DNA of 52,895 bases from a virus (lineage: Duplodnaviria > Caudoviricetes), in the IMG/VR virus record IMGVR_UViG_3300032050_000187, positions 1 to 52,895 of that record. One strand, given 5' to 3'. A program made the translations under genes and the position numbers. This document shows positions 1-9,007 of this stretch, piece by piece (positions within the stretch are counted from its first letter, which is position 1; each line of letters starts with the position of its first letter). Under the pieces are notes generated by a model. The model saw nothing but the letters and a program-made list of their open reading frames with translations, searched no databases and had not been told where the DNA came from.

Positions 1-71
1 TTGATGAGGTTTACGCTGTCCATAGCGGCGCTGTAGTGCTGGGCGATTTGTTCTGCGGTGATTTCATTCAT
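1..71 (-). CDS. Small protein downstream of tail fibre (partial, runs off window)
   Basis: ATG at 71-69 overlaps the tail-fibre stop (ATGA); reads MNEITAEQIAQHYSAAMDSVNLI... Confidence 0.6.
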   Translation of the reverse strand, partial: MNEITAEQIAQHYSAAMDSVNLI

Positions 72-1459
72 GCTGATGCTCCGTTGAGTTGGGCTTTGAG
101 GCTGTCAACCTCTGCTTTGAGTGTCTGTATTGCTTTGAGCAACACCACAGTCAGGCGTTCATATTGGAAGCCTTCAACTTCACCATCTGCGCCATAGCTA
201 ACCAATTCTTTAATTCCAGCGGCATCGACTTCATCCGCAACAATACCAAAATGGTCTTTTGTTTGGTCATCGTGTTCAGACTTGGATTTGTATCGAACCC
301 CACGCAAAAGGTTGATGTCAACTTCTTCTATGTCACGAATGTCCTGTTTGTATTTCAAAGCAGATGTTGACCTTGCAATTGAACCGTTTGAAAGAACAAC
401 CATATTTGCCGCATTCGCACTTGTAACGCTATAAGCGGCTGGGCAAACAAGAGTAGGGCCATTATCAACATACAGCCTCGGATTCCCATCCCCATCAGAC
501 AGCACGATGTAGTTGCTTGCTGTGCGAATGTCTAAGCCGCCTTGGTTGCCGTTGTAGCCGCCAAGGATGGTGTTTTTAATGCCTGTAGTTACAGAATAGC
601 CAGCTTGAAAACCTACAAAACAGTTAAATGCGCCAATAGTGCCGCCAGTGTTGTGTGAATATCCAGCTTGAGTGCCAAGAAAGGTGTTATAGGACTGTGT
701 TGTTCCTGAATACCCCGCCTGATAACCTACAGCAGTGTTGTTTGAGGCTGTGGTGTTTGCTTGAAGGGCTCCTTGACCCATTGCGGTGTTGTTTGCGCCT
801 GTTGTGTTGTAATAAAGCGCACTCTCACCGAACGCAGAATTATTATTGGCGGTGCTATTTGTGTACAGTGCGCCATTGCCCACTGCTGTATTTTGTACCC
901 CACTTGTATTGCTGTACAAAGAAATTCTTCCAACAGCAGTGTTATTTGTGTTTCCACCCGCAGTGTGGCTATATAAAGCCTGATACCCCACAGCAGTGTT
1001 GTTGGAGGCTGTGGTGTTGCTCTCTAATGCAGAACGACCAATAGCTGTATTGCTACCACCAGTAGTATTTGAAAACATTGAAAACAAACCAAGCACGGAA
1101 TTTGAACTTCCTGTCGTATTTGCTTGTAAGCAATCAGCACCAACAGCGGTATTTTCAGTTCCTGTTGTATTTGCTTTTAATGCGGCCTTGCCAAAAGCAG
1201 TTTCTGAACTTCCTGTCGTATTAGCCGCCAAAGCACTTGCACCCACCGCAGTGTTGGTGGATACAGCACCTGCGCCACGGCCTACGGTAACCCCTTGAAC
1301 TGTGATGTCGCTTGTGGTGGTAAGGGTGGTGATCGTTCCGCCACCAACAGCCATGACCCCCGATGTGGAAGGCAAAGTCACAGTCACAGTACCAGCCACT
1401 GCTGGTGCGCTCAGAGTCACTGCCCCTGATGTATCTCCATTTACAACAATGCTTGCCAT
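68..1459 (-). CDS. Tail fibre/spike with 14-residue beta-repeats and C-terminal intramolecular chaperone (peptidase S74-like)
   Basis: Many NTAVGxxALxxNTT(G/A) repeats; C-terminal S-ALKYKQDI...FGIVADEV...YERLTVVLLKAIQTL coiled coil typical of S74 chaperones; SD AAGGA. Confidence 0.85.
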   Translation of the reverse strand: MASIVVNGDTSGAVTLSAPAVAGTVTVTLPSTSGVMAVGGGTITTLTTTSDITVQGVTVGRGAGAVSTNTAVGASALAANTTGSSETAFGKAALKANTTGTENTAVGADCLQANTTGSSNSVLGLFSMFSNTTGGSNTAIGRSALESNTTASNNTAVGYQALYSHTAGGNTNNTAVGRISLYSNTSGVQNTAVGNGALYTNSTANNNSAFGESALYYNTTGANNTAMGQGALQANTTASNNTAVGYQAGYSGTTQSYNTFLGTQAGYSHNTGGTIGAFNCFVGFQAGYSVTTGIKNTILGGYNGNQGGLDIRTASNYIVLSDGDGNPRLYVDNGPTLVCPAAYSVTSANAANMVVLSNGSIARSTSALKYKQDIRDIEEVDINLLRGVRYKSKSEHDDQTKDHFGIVADEVDAAGIKELVSYGADGEVEGFQYERLTVVLLKAIQTLKAEVDSLKAQLNGASA

Positions 1460-1468
1460 ATTAAATCC

Positions 1469-2281
1469 TTAAACAATTACCCAACGACTGCCTGAACTGA
1501 CCGTTACCGCTTGCCCACTTGCCACAGCTACAGGCCCAGCAGACATAGCTGAATATCCCACCGCAATGGTGTAACTTGCAGACACCGTTTGGCTGTTCAC
1601 CACAAGCCCATTCAATGCAACTGGGACTGAAGCCTGCAACTCGCCTGTGCTTGGCTTGTAGAGCAGCTTGGCGTTGCCTGTGTACAAAGTGGAAGCGTTG
1701 CCAGTCGTGACGCTAGAGAACACCGGGTATAAGTTGCTTGCAGTGCTTGTGTCGTTGGAGATCACTGCCCCGCCCAAGAGCGTCCAGTTTGTGCCGTCAT
1801 ACCCCTCATACTGGGACAACGTGCTGTTCCAACGAATCTTGCCCACTGCACCCGTAGGCCGCTCACCTGTCGTACCCGCTGAGATTTTTAACGCACCCGT
1901 GGAGTTGAACGATGAGTCCCCCGAAGCGGCCAGGATGTTTACATCAACCGTAGTACCCGCAGAGTCTATGTACACCGCCCGTTCGGCAGGCTGTGTGACA
2001 AACACATCTTTTGATCCCGCAGCAAAATTTACCAACGCATTTGAGTTGCTGGAATTTAAGACAGTTGTACGAGAGAGTAGGTTACCCGCTGTGGTGTACG
2101 TGCCAATCCCCACCTCATACTCACCTGTGACTACGTTGGCAATGGTGTAGTAAGTGCTGTTACTGTTGCCAATACCAGCAAGAAAAGTCTGAAAGCCCGT
2201 GTACGCGCCACCTAGCGTTACAGAGCCAGTGCCTGTAGTGGTGGTAGTTTCACGGACTCGATCCGCGAGGACGAGTGCCAT
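1469..2281 (-). CDS. Tail/virion structural protein
   Basis: 270 aa, Thr/Gly/Ser-rich, MALVLADRVRETTTTTGTG N-terminus, located in tail cluster. Confidence 0.65.
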   Translation of the reverse strand: MALVLADRVRETTTTTGTGSVTLGGAYTGFQTFLAGIGNSNSTYYTIANVVTGEYEVGIGTYTTAGNLLSRTTVLNSSNSNALVNFAAGSKDVFVTQPAERAVYIDSAGTTVDVNILAASGDSSFNSTGALKISAGTTGERPTGAVGKIRWNSTLSQYEGYDGTNWTLLGGAVISNDTSTASNLYPVFSSVTTGNASTLYTGNAKLLYKPSTGELQASVPVALNGLVVNSQTVSASYTIAVGYSAMSAGPVAVASGQAVTVSSGSRWVIV

Positions 2282-2284
2282 AGA

Positions 2285-2464
2285 TCATGCTCCTGTCAGT
2301 TGAGACTCTTCAAACCAGCGTTGTTGAGTTGCTCCATCGGTATCCGTCCACTCGATCAGATACGACACTACACCTTCTTCGCTCATACGCAGTGCAAGCA
2401 CCGGGCCTTGGGGGATGACTGCGACAGCCTTAACAACGTCGCCTTTTTTGAAAGTTGTTGCCAT
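2285..2464 (-). CDS. Small SH3-like protein (DUF2158/YodC-like)
   Basis: FKKGDVV...W...QRWFEESQL pattern; start MATTFK with SD AAGGA. Confidence 0.5.
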   Translation of the reverse strand: MATTFKKGDVVKAVAVIPQGPVLALRMSEEGVVSYLIEWTDTDGATQQRWFEESQLTGA

Positions 2465-2478
2465 GATTTTCCTTTTAA

Positions 2479-3057
2479 TCAAGCAGCCAATGACAACGTG
2501 TACGTGACACTCAATGTATCGCCAGACACAACGGCGCGATCCCCAGGGGCACTGAAGTCTGCGGCTGAGTACAACGTACCAGTTGTGCCGCTTTTGGTGT
2601 TGTTGCTGGTCAAGAACGCACCGCCAACAGTCGTCGTGCCGTTGATGCTGAATGTGGCAGGAGAAGCTGAATTGGTGGCCACTGAGGGGTTGGCAGTCGT
2701 GGGGGTTCCAAACGTGCAGGCAGGGCGAGTGGCTTGGCTGTAGGCCACAACTTCAGTCCAACCAGCATGGGAAGACATGGTGTCACCAGCCGCAGGAGTG
2801 TTTGACGCCCCTGCGCCATAAAGACCAATGTACCAAGCTGCGGTGTATGCGCTGCCCGTGAAGTACTTGGCGTTCATGTCTTGTAGACCGACGTTGACCA
2901 CCAGATTAGGGGCTTCGTCTTCCCACTTCAGATTGCCGTCTTTGTCGTGGCACTGAATCTTGTACACGCCTTTTGCGCTTGCGCTATCAGCGGCGAAGCC
3001 ACCAGCAATCAAGCTGCTTGAGGCAACATCTTTGGATTTAACTTTATCGTTGAACAT
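2479..3057 (-). CDS. Tail structural protein
   Basis: 192 aa, NLVVNVG...WYIGL...GDTLSVTYTLS pattern seen in phage tail proteins; SD AGGAG. Confidence 0.6.
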   Translation of the reverse strand: MFNDKVKSKDVASSSLIAGGFAADSASAKGVYKIQCHDKDGNLKWEDEAPNLVVNVGLQDMNAKYFTGSAYTAAWYIGLYGAGASNTPAAGDTMSSHAGWTEVVAYSQATRPACTFGTPTTANPSVATNSASPATFSINGTTTVGGAFLTSNNTKSGTTGTLYSAADFSAPGDRAVVSGDTLSVTYTLSLAA

Positions 3058-3066
3058 GATTGCTCC

Positions 3067-3489
3067 TTAAACAAGCCGAATGAGTGCCGATGTGCTGGTG
3101 TTTGCAGGCATCGTCACGGGAAAAGTGTTGGTGGATGTTTTGTTACTGCCAAAGTCCAAGACGCACACAGCGCCATTGGCCCCGGCCTTGTAAATCAAAG
3201 CGCCCCTGGCAGTGATAACCCCCGTCCAAGACGGGGATGAAAAATTGATGAACACAATGCTTCCAGAAGAAGCCAACTCCGTGCCGATGGTTGCAGTAAT
3301 GATTTGACCGCCAGCGACGTAGTTGCCCCCAGACGCCTCATCAGCCGCAGTGTACGCCGTGGTGTTCTGGTCAAGTGTGGCCGCGTTGGTGTACAGCGCC
3401 AAGTAAAACGTGTCTGACGCAAAATTGATCGTGCCGTTTGCCAGCCCGGAGCGAAGTGTGTTGCAACTGTAGTTGCCAGTGAACGCCAT
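3067..3489 (-). CDS. Virion structural protein
   Basis: DTFYLALYT...ARGALIY...VCVLDFG motif; coupled to upstream gene. Confidence 0.6.
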   Translation of the reverse strand: MAFTGNYSCNTLRSGLANGTINFASDTFYLALYTNAATLDQNTTAYTAADEASGGNYVAGGQIITATIGTELASSGSIVFINFSSPSWTGVITARGALIYKAGANGAVCVLDFGSNKTSTNTFPVTMPANTSTSALIRLV

Positions 3490-4202
3490 CAACGCACTCC
3501 GTTATTCTGCGGCAACGGCGCTTGCCGATACTGCCCGCTGCGGTATGCGTCGCTGCGCTCCAACCCGTCACCCAGACGCTGCGCCAGTGCAAGTGCTTCT
3601 TTGTACTTGGTTTCGTACATGGTGATGATGTCAACCTCACCCTTCATGAAGATGTACGCTTCCACCAAAGACCCGTACAACAGCACAGTATCAAAGTTGT
3701 CGCCCAGCCAAGTACGGCCATCAGCCGCAACAGTGATTGAGTCTGGGTAGAAGAAGTAGTGCAACTCCATGTTGTACACGGCATCAGGCGTGGGGCCAAG
3801 GATGAACGACAACTCGTCGCTGTTGCTGTATGACGGGCCAAAGAGCGCGTAGTACTTCGGGATGGCTGTGTCCGTTGGCTGTGGATACGCTTGACGGATG
3901 AAGTTCACATCCTTGTTCAACAGGTACTCGTATGAGCCGTCTGCGGCAATCACAGCCATTGAATACGAGGCCAAGAAGTCTGACGGGCACGCCAAGTACT
4001 TATTGCTTGTGGTTGTGAACCCGGTTACGTTTTTACGCAACGATGGGAACTGAACCGAGTTGTATATACGTTGTTCAGCCTGCGTGATGAAAATATTGAT
4101 CTGTGTCGTTGCAGACACAGTACCCCCACTCGCAAGGTACACATCGGGAAACTGGTTCTCGGTGTAGCTCTGAATTGTGTTGTACAACTCGGTGTAGTTC
4201 AT
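3489..4202 (-). CDS. Putative head-tail adaptor protein
   Basis: MNYTEL...FITQAEQRIY...PKYYA...GPTPD...LLYGSLVEAY pattern; position between head and tail genes. Confidence 0.6.
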   Translation of the reverse strand: MNYTELYNTIQSYTENQFPDVYLASGGTVSATTQINIFITQAEQRIYNSVQFPSLRKNVTGFTTTSNKYLACPSDFLASYSMAVIAADGSYEYLLNKDVNFIRQAYPQPTDTAIPKYYALFGPSYSNSDELSFILGPTPDAVYNMELHYFFYPDSITVAADGRTWLGDNFDTVLLYGSLVEAYIFMKGEVDIITMYETKYKEALALAQRLGDGLERSDAYRSGQYRQAPLPQNNGVR

Positions 4203-4399
4203 GCCATCGGACCTCTGGCCATCTTGCCTTTGGTCTGCGCTTTACCACCACGCACCACAATACCGGAGGTCTTCATGGGTGGGTAGTCTTGACTGCGTGT
4301 GTTGGCCACAGACACGTTTGCTTTGCGCATCGTCTCTTTGGCTGGCTCTTCGCCAACGATCACGTTGGCCACTTTGGTTGCTTGCTTGTAGGTCGCCAT
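4199..4399 (-). CDS. Small basic virion-associated protein
   Basis: 66 aa, Lys/Arg-rich C-terminus (RGGKAQTKGKMARGPMA); ATGA-coupled to next gene. Confidence 0.55.
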   Translation of the reverse strand: MATYKQATKVANVIVGEEPAKETMRKANVSVANTRSQDYPPMKTSGIVVRGGKAQTKGKMARGPMA

Positions 4400-4400
4400 A

Positions 4401-4592
4401 TCAGCCCCCACGACCAACGCTGCGCTGGTTCATGATTTTGGCTTTGTTGCGCCCGTATTTGAGCATGTCGCTGTTGGTCTTGCCGCCAGCTCTAAGCTTG
4501 GTCATTGGCTTGCCAGGGTGCAGCTTTTTCTCATGCTTATGCACCGCGCCTGCGATCATCTTCTTGTCTTGTGCCAAGTCTTTCTTGTCCAT
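4401..4592 (-). CDS. Small basic virion-associated protein
   Basis: 63 aa, Lys-rich; SD AGGAG. Confidence 0.6.
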   Translation of the reverse strand: MDKKDLAQDKKMIAGAVHKHEKKLHPGKPMTKLRAGGKTNSDMLKYGRNKAKIMNQRSVGRGG

Positions 4593-4601
4593 TTTGAACT
4601 C

Positions 4602-5030
4602 CTAAGTTACGCTTACCGTGACTGTACCCAATTGCACGTTCAAAACCAAGTTATTTGGTGTCAAAGCGGCATCAAAAAATTCTGAACCCCCAACAGGTGT
4701 CCAGCCCCACTGAAAAATCCTGCTGCCCCCGCTGAGAATCCCCTGGGCATCAGCCGCCGAACTGTTGGTCAGCACGATCTGCAAACCTGTTCGACCGGAC
4801 ACTTTGTAGCTGATGTCAGGCCTGGGGTCTCTAATCCCTTGCGGGTCATCCACCGGGTACATGCCCAGTTGCAACTGCGGCTGATCCGGGTCCCAACACT
4901 GGGGGCACACCTTGAGATCATATACCTTGGTCTTGACAACTTCTTTGCGCAGCGTGGTCAATTTGAAGCGAAACCCACAACGGTCGCACTCCGCAATTGA
5001 GTTCTTGCCAGACGCAAACCTGTTACCCAT
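4602..5030 (-). CDS. Zn-ribbon (CxxC...CxxC) protein of the structural module
   Basis: ECDRCG...VCPQCWD. Confidence 0.65.
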   Translation of the reverse strand: MGNRFASGKNSIAECDRCGFRFKLTTLRKEVVKTKVYDLKVCPQCWDPDQPQLQLGMYPVDDPQGIRDPRPDISYKVSGRTGLQIVLTNSSAADAQGILSGGSRIFQWGWTPVGGSEFFDAALTPNNLVLNVQLGTVTVSVT

Positions 5031-5968
5031 TACGTACCCCCAATGAACATCTGCCTGGGCACAAGCCGCAGGGACGCACGTTCTTGGTCTTCATCCGCAG
5101 CCGACATCCAGGCTTCGTCATACTGTTGTTTGAGCACCCCCAGACGGTCTATGCCGCCAGGGATTTTGAGCGCAATGTAGTACGACAAGCCAGCCACCAT
5201 GCAGGGATAAAAGCGGAACGGCACATCCATGACGTTCACGCCACCGCCAGCATCTTGCACCCGGCGCATGCGCCAGTAGACAAACTGGTAGGTCTGGGAG
5301 CCATCAGGTGTGGGCCACACAGTGACACGGGGGGTGTTGTTGATGCGGATGGGGTTGCCCGCCGTAGGTGTCTGTTGGGTCGTGCCGTTTTGTGCACGAA
5401 ACACGTTACTTAGGGTATTCCCTGATATATAGTTGTAAAACACCGTCTCTGTGCCGCCTGTAGCCACGATGTCCACGTACCCAATGGCCGGGAGCCCGAC
5501 AACTGAGTTCAACGTAATTGTTGCGGCAGTCAAGTCTTGGGACACAAACGTCGAAGCGGTGGTGGCCACCTGCCCGTCCAGGCGCTGATACCAGACCTGA
5601 ATGGGACGGGCTTGGTTGAGCTTGTTGGGGATGGTTGCGTAGGTGGACACGCTGATGCGCGTGATGGTCAAGTCCGCTTGATTGGACAGGATGTTGGCGT
5701 TGGTGCGGATCACATGGTCCAGCAAATCAACGGTATCCGTTGGAATAGCGTAGGTGTTCAGTCCTTGTGTCAGGGTAATCGTGCCCTGCTCAAACGTCCA
5801 CATGTTGACGCCACGGTTGGCCCAGTCAGCAAACAGCAAGTTAAGGGACCGACGCGCAGTTCGCAGGTCATACCCCGTGCGCATCTCTGAACCCGCACGC
5901 TCAAACGCCTCTTCGACCACTTCAGTGAGGTCGAGGTTAAAGCCTGATTGTCCAGAGGTGACTGCCAT
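5030..5968 (-). CDS. Putative head-completion/tail tubular protein
   Basis: EEAFERAG...ARRSLNLL...WPTPD...YDEAW pattern; adjacent to head genes. Confidence 0.6.
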   Translation of the reverse strand: MAVTSGQSGFNLDLTEVVEEAFERAGSEMRTGYDLRTARRSLNLLFADWANRGVNMWTFEQGTITLTQGLNTYAIPTDTVDLLDHVIRTNANILSNQADLTITRISVSTYATIPNKLNQARPIQVWYQRLDGQVATTASTFVSQDLTAATITLNSVVGLPAIGYVDIVATGGTETVFYNYISGNTLSNVFRAQNGTTQQTPTAGNPIRINNTPRVTVWPTPDGSQTYQFVYWRMRRVQDAGGGVNVMDVPFRFYPCMVAGLSYYIALKIPGGIDRLGVLKQQYDEAWMSAADEDQERASLRLVPRQMFIGGT

Positions 5969-6201
5969 TATCTAAACCCTGCTGTTTTCTTCGCAATACT
6001 TTTGGGCTGGGCCACAAACTGTTTACCTGCCGCCTTACCTTGCCGCTTGGCTTTGGTGGTAGCCGCGTACTCAGCAGGAGACAAGGACTTGATTGCCGCT
6101 TCTGGAAGATACCGCTCCCCCGTCTTTGACGAAGGCTTCCCCGACTTGGTGCGCCACTTCTGGTCACCCCAGTTTTTAAGGGAAGTTTGCGGTGCTTTCA
6201 A
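5968..6201 (-). CDS. Small basic protein (DUF5872-like)
   Basis: SLKNWGDQKWRTKSGK...ERYLP; Lys-rich. Confidence 0.55.
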   Translation of the reverse strand: MKAPQTSLKNWGDQKWRTKSGKPSSKTGERYLPEAAIKSLSPAEYAATTKAKRQGKAAGKQFVAQPKSIAKKTAGFR

Positions 6202-6473
6202 TCGCGGTAGCCCCCGCCCGCAGCCTTGTACTTCTTGGCAACAAGCTGTGCTTTACGTGCTGACCATTGCCCCGCGCCCGTGCCATGAGTTGCTGCGGCT
6301 TTTACCTGAGACACAATTCGCTTGCGCAAACCGGGCTTGGTGTAATTGCCAGCAGCATTGACTTTCCCGCCTTCTTTGTACTGCTTGAAGTCGGTATCGT
6401 CACGGCGTTCTTTTCGAACGCCCTTGGGCATTTTGGATGGGCTGATGTCGCCCATCCCGCGTGAGGCCATCAT
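6198..6473 (-). CDS. Small basic protein
   Basis: NYTKPGLRKRI...GQWSARKAQL...YKAAGGGY. Confidence 0.6.
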   Translation of the reverse strand: MMASRGMGDISPSKMPKGVRKERRDDTDFKQYKEGGKVNAAGNYTKPGLRKRIVSQVKAAATHGTGAGQWSARKAQLVAKKYKAAGGGYRD

Positions 6474-6474
6474 C

Positions 6475-6840
6475 TCAGCACTTGCCGCCAGACTTCATGC
6501 CCAGGGGCTTGGAGCCAGCCATCTTGACCATGGTGCCCTTGGTCTTGCCTTTGGTGGCAACGCCGTCACGGCTGGGTGCACCAGTCTTGACGCTGCCCAT
6601 TTTGGCGCTAGTGATACCACCAGAAGCCATCTTCTTCGTGCCCATTGCTTTTTTCTTAGCAATCATTTCCATGAAAGGGTTTGCTTTAGCCATATCACCA
6701 CCTCTTTTAAAAGACTTGCCTTTGTCGGCGTTTGAAAAATCTTTGCCCACAGACTGTGGGACCCCTACTTTCTTGGCGAACGATGGATTGTGGGCCACCG
6801 CAGCCATGAAATTGTGCTGTTTCTTACTTGTTGACGGCAT
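6475..6840 (-). CDS. Basic Lys/Gly/Met-rich virion protein
   Basis: MPSTSKKQHNFMAAVAHNP; three xxGG motifs. Confidence 0.6.
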   Translation of the reverse strand: MPSTSKKQHNFMAAVAHNPSFAKKVGVPQSVGKDFSNADKGKSFKRGGDMAKANPFMEMIAKKKAMGTKKMASGGITSAKMGSVKTGAPSRDGVATKGKTKGTMVKMAGSKPLGMKSGGKC

Positions 6841-7036
6841 CGTCATCTTTCTTGTTCCAGGGGAGCAACTCAGAAAACGCTTTACCCGTGACCATCTCTG
6901 TGATGCGCATGGAAGTCCACACGATGGTCAACACGCCACCGACCAGAGCAACAACAGGTGTCACGACCCCGAGGAAGCCCCCGAGGCCTACCACAACTGC
7001 CGCGCCGTCAACCATGTTTTTGGTGTCGTGGTTCAT
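6824..7036 (-). CDS. Small membrane protein, possible holin
   Basis: 70 aa, long hydrophobic segment(s), charged C-terminus. Confidence 0.45.
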   Translation of the reverse strand: MNHDTKNMVDGAAVVVGLGGFLGVVTPVVALVGGVLTIVWTSMRITEMVTGKAFSELLPWNKKDDDAVNK

Positions 7037-7037
7037 G

Positions 7038-7292
7038 TCAGCACTTCCATGCTCTCAATGATTTATTGATCCGACTGTTTGGGTCTTTGGCTGTCTTCTC
7101 GGATGTGAGCTTTTTCTTCATCCCAGTCATCCTTGCACAGAAAGAGTCGCGCCTGCTGCCGCCCTCTGGCTGCGGTGCTTTCAACCCCGGCTTGCCGGGG
7201 TTGGCCTTGTTGTAGGAAGCCCGACCCTTGGCGTTCAAGCCGCCCTTCTCGGATTTGCCTTCCTTGCGTTGCCATGCAGGTGACTTAGCCAT
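7038..7292 (-). CDS. Small basic protein (DUF6321-like)
   Basis: AWQRKEGK...GGLNAKGRASY...SFCARM...SRINKSLRAWKC. Confidence 0.6.
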   Translation of the reverse strand: MAKSPAWQRKEGKSEKGGLNAKGRASYNKANPGKPGLKAPQPEGGSRRDSFCARMTGMKKKLTSEKTAKDPNSRINKSLRAWKC

Positions 7293-7572
7293 AAACAATT
7301 GTCACGCCCGTGATGTTGGTCACATCAACGTAAACGCCCGTGGTAAACAAGATGCCTTCACCGGGGATAGGTAGAAGAAACGTGTTTGCTGTGCCTGCGG
7401 GGGTGTCCACATCAAGCAGCAAGTCGCCTGTGTTGTCTGTTCCGTTGTAGAACTTGACCGACCCTGCGCTTGCCCCTGCAAGCCCGTAGACGGTTTTTAC
7501 GCGAGTGCGGTACGCAACTGCTTGCCCGTCTGCCGTCAGCCGCGTTGATTTAACATCGGTTTGCATCGTCAT
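7285..7572 (-). CDS. Virion structural protein
   Basis: 95 aa beta-rich, IPGEGILF motif; SD AGGAG. Confidence 0.6.
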   Translation of the reverse strand: MTMQTDVKSTRLTADGQAVAYRTRVKTVYGLAGASAGSVKFYNGTDNTGDLLLDVDTPAGTANTFLLPIPGEGILFTTGVYVDVTNITGVTIVYG

Positions 7573-7586
7573 AATCAAACTCCTTT

Positions 7587-7609
7587 AAAACAGGGGCCGA
7601 AGCCCCGTT
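7587..7609 (-). terminator. Intrinsic terminator-like hairpin
   Basis: Minus strand GGGGC-UUCG-GCCCC followed by UGUUUU. Confidence 0.6.
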
Positions 7610-7616
7610 GGGTTGA

Positions 7617-7925
7617 TTAGCTCAGAGCAGCGCCAACAGCGGTAACCCAGGCAGAACCAGTAGAAATTACAAGGCAGTACTCGTTGTTGCCCGCGCCGTT
7701 GTCGCTAATCAAGCGAACTTGGCCAGCATTGGCAGCGGCTGCGGTAGGCAAAGCGGCGGTCAGGATAGCAGGCAGATCAACAAAAGAAGAGACCGTAACG
7801 CTGGCCACCGAGGTGGCAGTGCCAAAGGTTGCGTCAACAGTTACTGCGCCGGTGGTGGAATCAACAGAGATGGACTGAAAGCCATTCTGGGAACGAACTG
7901 GGCCGTTGAATGTGGTATTTGCCAT
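7617..7925 (-). CDS. Putative capsid decoration/fibre protein
   Basis: MANTTFNGPVRSQNGF N-terminus; first gene after the major capsid gene. Confidence 0.6.
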   Translation of the reverse strand: MANTTFNGPVRSQNGFQSISVDSTTGAVTVDATFGTATSVASVTVSSFVDLPAILTAALPTAAAANAGQVRLISDNGAGNNEYCLVISTGSAWVTAVGAALS

Positions 7926-7937
7926 GATTGTTTCCTT

Positions 7938-8008
7938 ACATGCAAGTGGGGCGTATCTGTCTGCATGTCGTCAGCCGGGACTGTCAGATACACCGGGAAG
8001 CCCGGAAT
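7938..8008 (-). ncRNA. Structured RNA resembling the Mu-gpT-DE motif
   Basis: 10-bp stem GGUGUAUCUG/CAGAUACGCC closing a loop with three GAC elements; ACAUGCA/UGCAUGU pseudoknot; directly downstream of a gpT-like capsid gene. Confidence 0.6.
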
Positions 8009-8028
8009 GGGTGCAATATACACCAAAA

Positions 8029-8055
8029 GAAAAAGGGGCACAAGGCCCCTTTTTC
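8029..8055 (-). terminator. Intrinsic terminator after major capsid gene, overlapping a TTGTGC-17-TATATT promoter-like element
   Basis: GAAAAAGGGGC-N5-GCCCCUUUUUC followed by UUUU. Confidence 0.8.
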
Positions 8056-8064
8056 ATAGACACA

Positions 8065-8994
8065 TTAAGCGCCTGCGGAACCCCACATGCCGAGGGGATC
8101 AGACCAGCCGAAGCTGTAACGCTCACGAGCCTTGTAACGGACGTTGCCGGTATCAAAGTCACCGTCCATCGAGTTAGCCAGGGGCATACGCTCGAAATGC
8201 TTCATACCGTTGGGAACGTCGGTAATCAAATACCAGCCATTCGAATCGGTCAAGAAGTGGTTGACGCAGTAGCCTTCAGGAATCGCACCCATCTGCTTCA
8301 ACGCGTTGATGTCGTTATCAGCAGTAGAGACACGCAGCTCAGTGTCAAGCAAACGCTTGGCAACGAACATCAGTGCTGGGGGGATGACCATCTTGCGGGG
8401 CTTGGCGGCAATCAACAGACCGCGCTCATCGGTCCATGCAGCGATTTGAATCACGGCATTTTCCAAGGAGGTCTCGTTCAAGTCCACGCCAGTGGTGGGG
8501 CTGTTGAAGTTAACAGCGCCATTAACCAAGGGGTGGCCAACACGAGTGCTGGAGCTGTTGTTACCGAACAAGGTCACGCCGTCACCACCCAAGTACGAAC
8601 CGTTGAAACCGTTGTTGATAACGGAGGCGGCTTTAACTTGCTTGGTGTAGGACATCGCACGGGCCAGGGCTTTGGTGTAACGAGCAGACAGTGAGTCATA
8701 CAAGTTATCTTCCACAGCTTCCTCGGTGATCGAGAAGCCCAGGGCGATGGTTTCGTGGTTGTAACGGGCGGTGAACGCTTCTTGTGCGTTGTCATACGCG
8801 ATGGCGGAGCCCTCGTTCTTGACAGGAGCAGCACCGAAACCAGCAAGCTTGGTCTCTTCTTCGAAGCTACGCTCTGATTTCTCAGTTTCGTAGATTTCTT
8901 TGTGCTCTTCGCCGTAGCGAGCGTATTCCAAACCGAACAAAGCGTTCAGACCAGGGAGCAACTCTTTAAGTAGTTGTGCGCGTGAAATTGCCAT
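8065..8994 (-). CDS. Major capsid protein (Mu gpT-like, HK97 fold)
   Basis: 309 aa; MAISRAQLLKELLPGLNALFG...GFSITEEAVEDNLY...RYKARERYSFGWSD; strong SD TAAGGAG; followed by terminator. Confidence 0.88.
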   Translation of the reverse strand: MAISRAQLLKELLPGLNALFGLEYARYGEEHKEIYETEKSERSFEEETKLAGFGAAPVKNEGSAIAYDNAQEAFTARYNHETIALGFSITEEAVEDNLYDSLSARYTKALARAMSYTKQVKAASVINNGFNGSYLGGDGVTLFGNNSSSTRVGHPLVNGAVNFNSPTTGVDLNETSLENAVIQIAAWTDERGLLIAAKPRKMVIPPALMFVAKRLLDTELRVSTADNDINALKQMGAIPEGYCVNHFLTDSNGWYLITDVPNGMKHFERMPLANSMDGDFDTGNVRYKARERYSFGWSDPLGMWGSAGA

Positions 8995-9007
8995 TTTGAG
9001 TTACTCC

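Noticed and set aside
717-1021. Near-duplicate ~40-bp stretches in the tail fibre as a DGR template/variable repeat
   Set aside because: Both copies are in-frame coding repeats and no reverse transcriptase is present.
7960-7975. CUGACGA as a hammerhead ribozyme core
   Set aside because: No GAAA element or three-stem arrangement with an NUH cleavage site.
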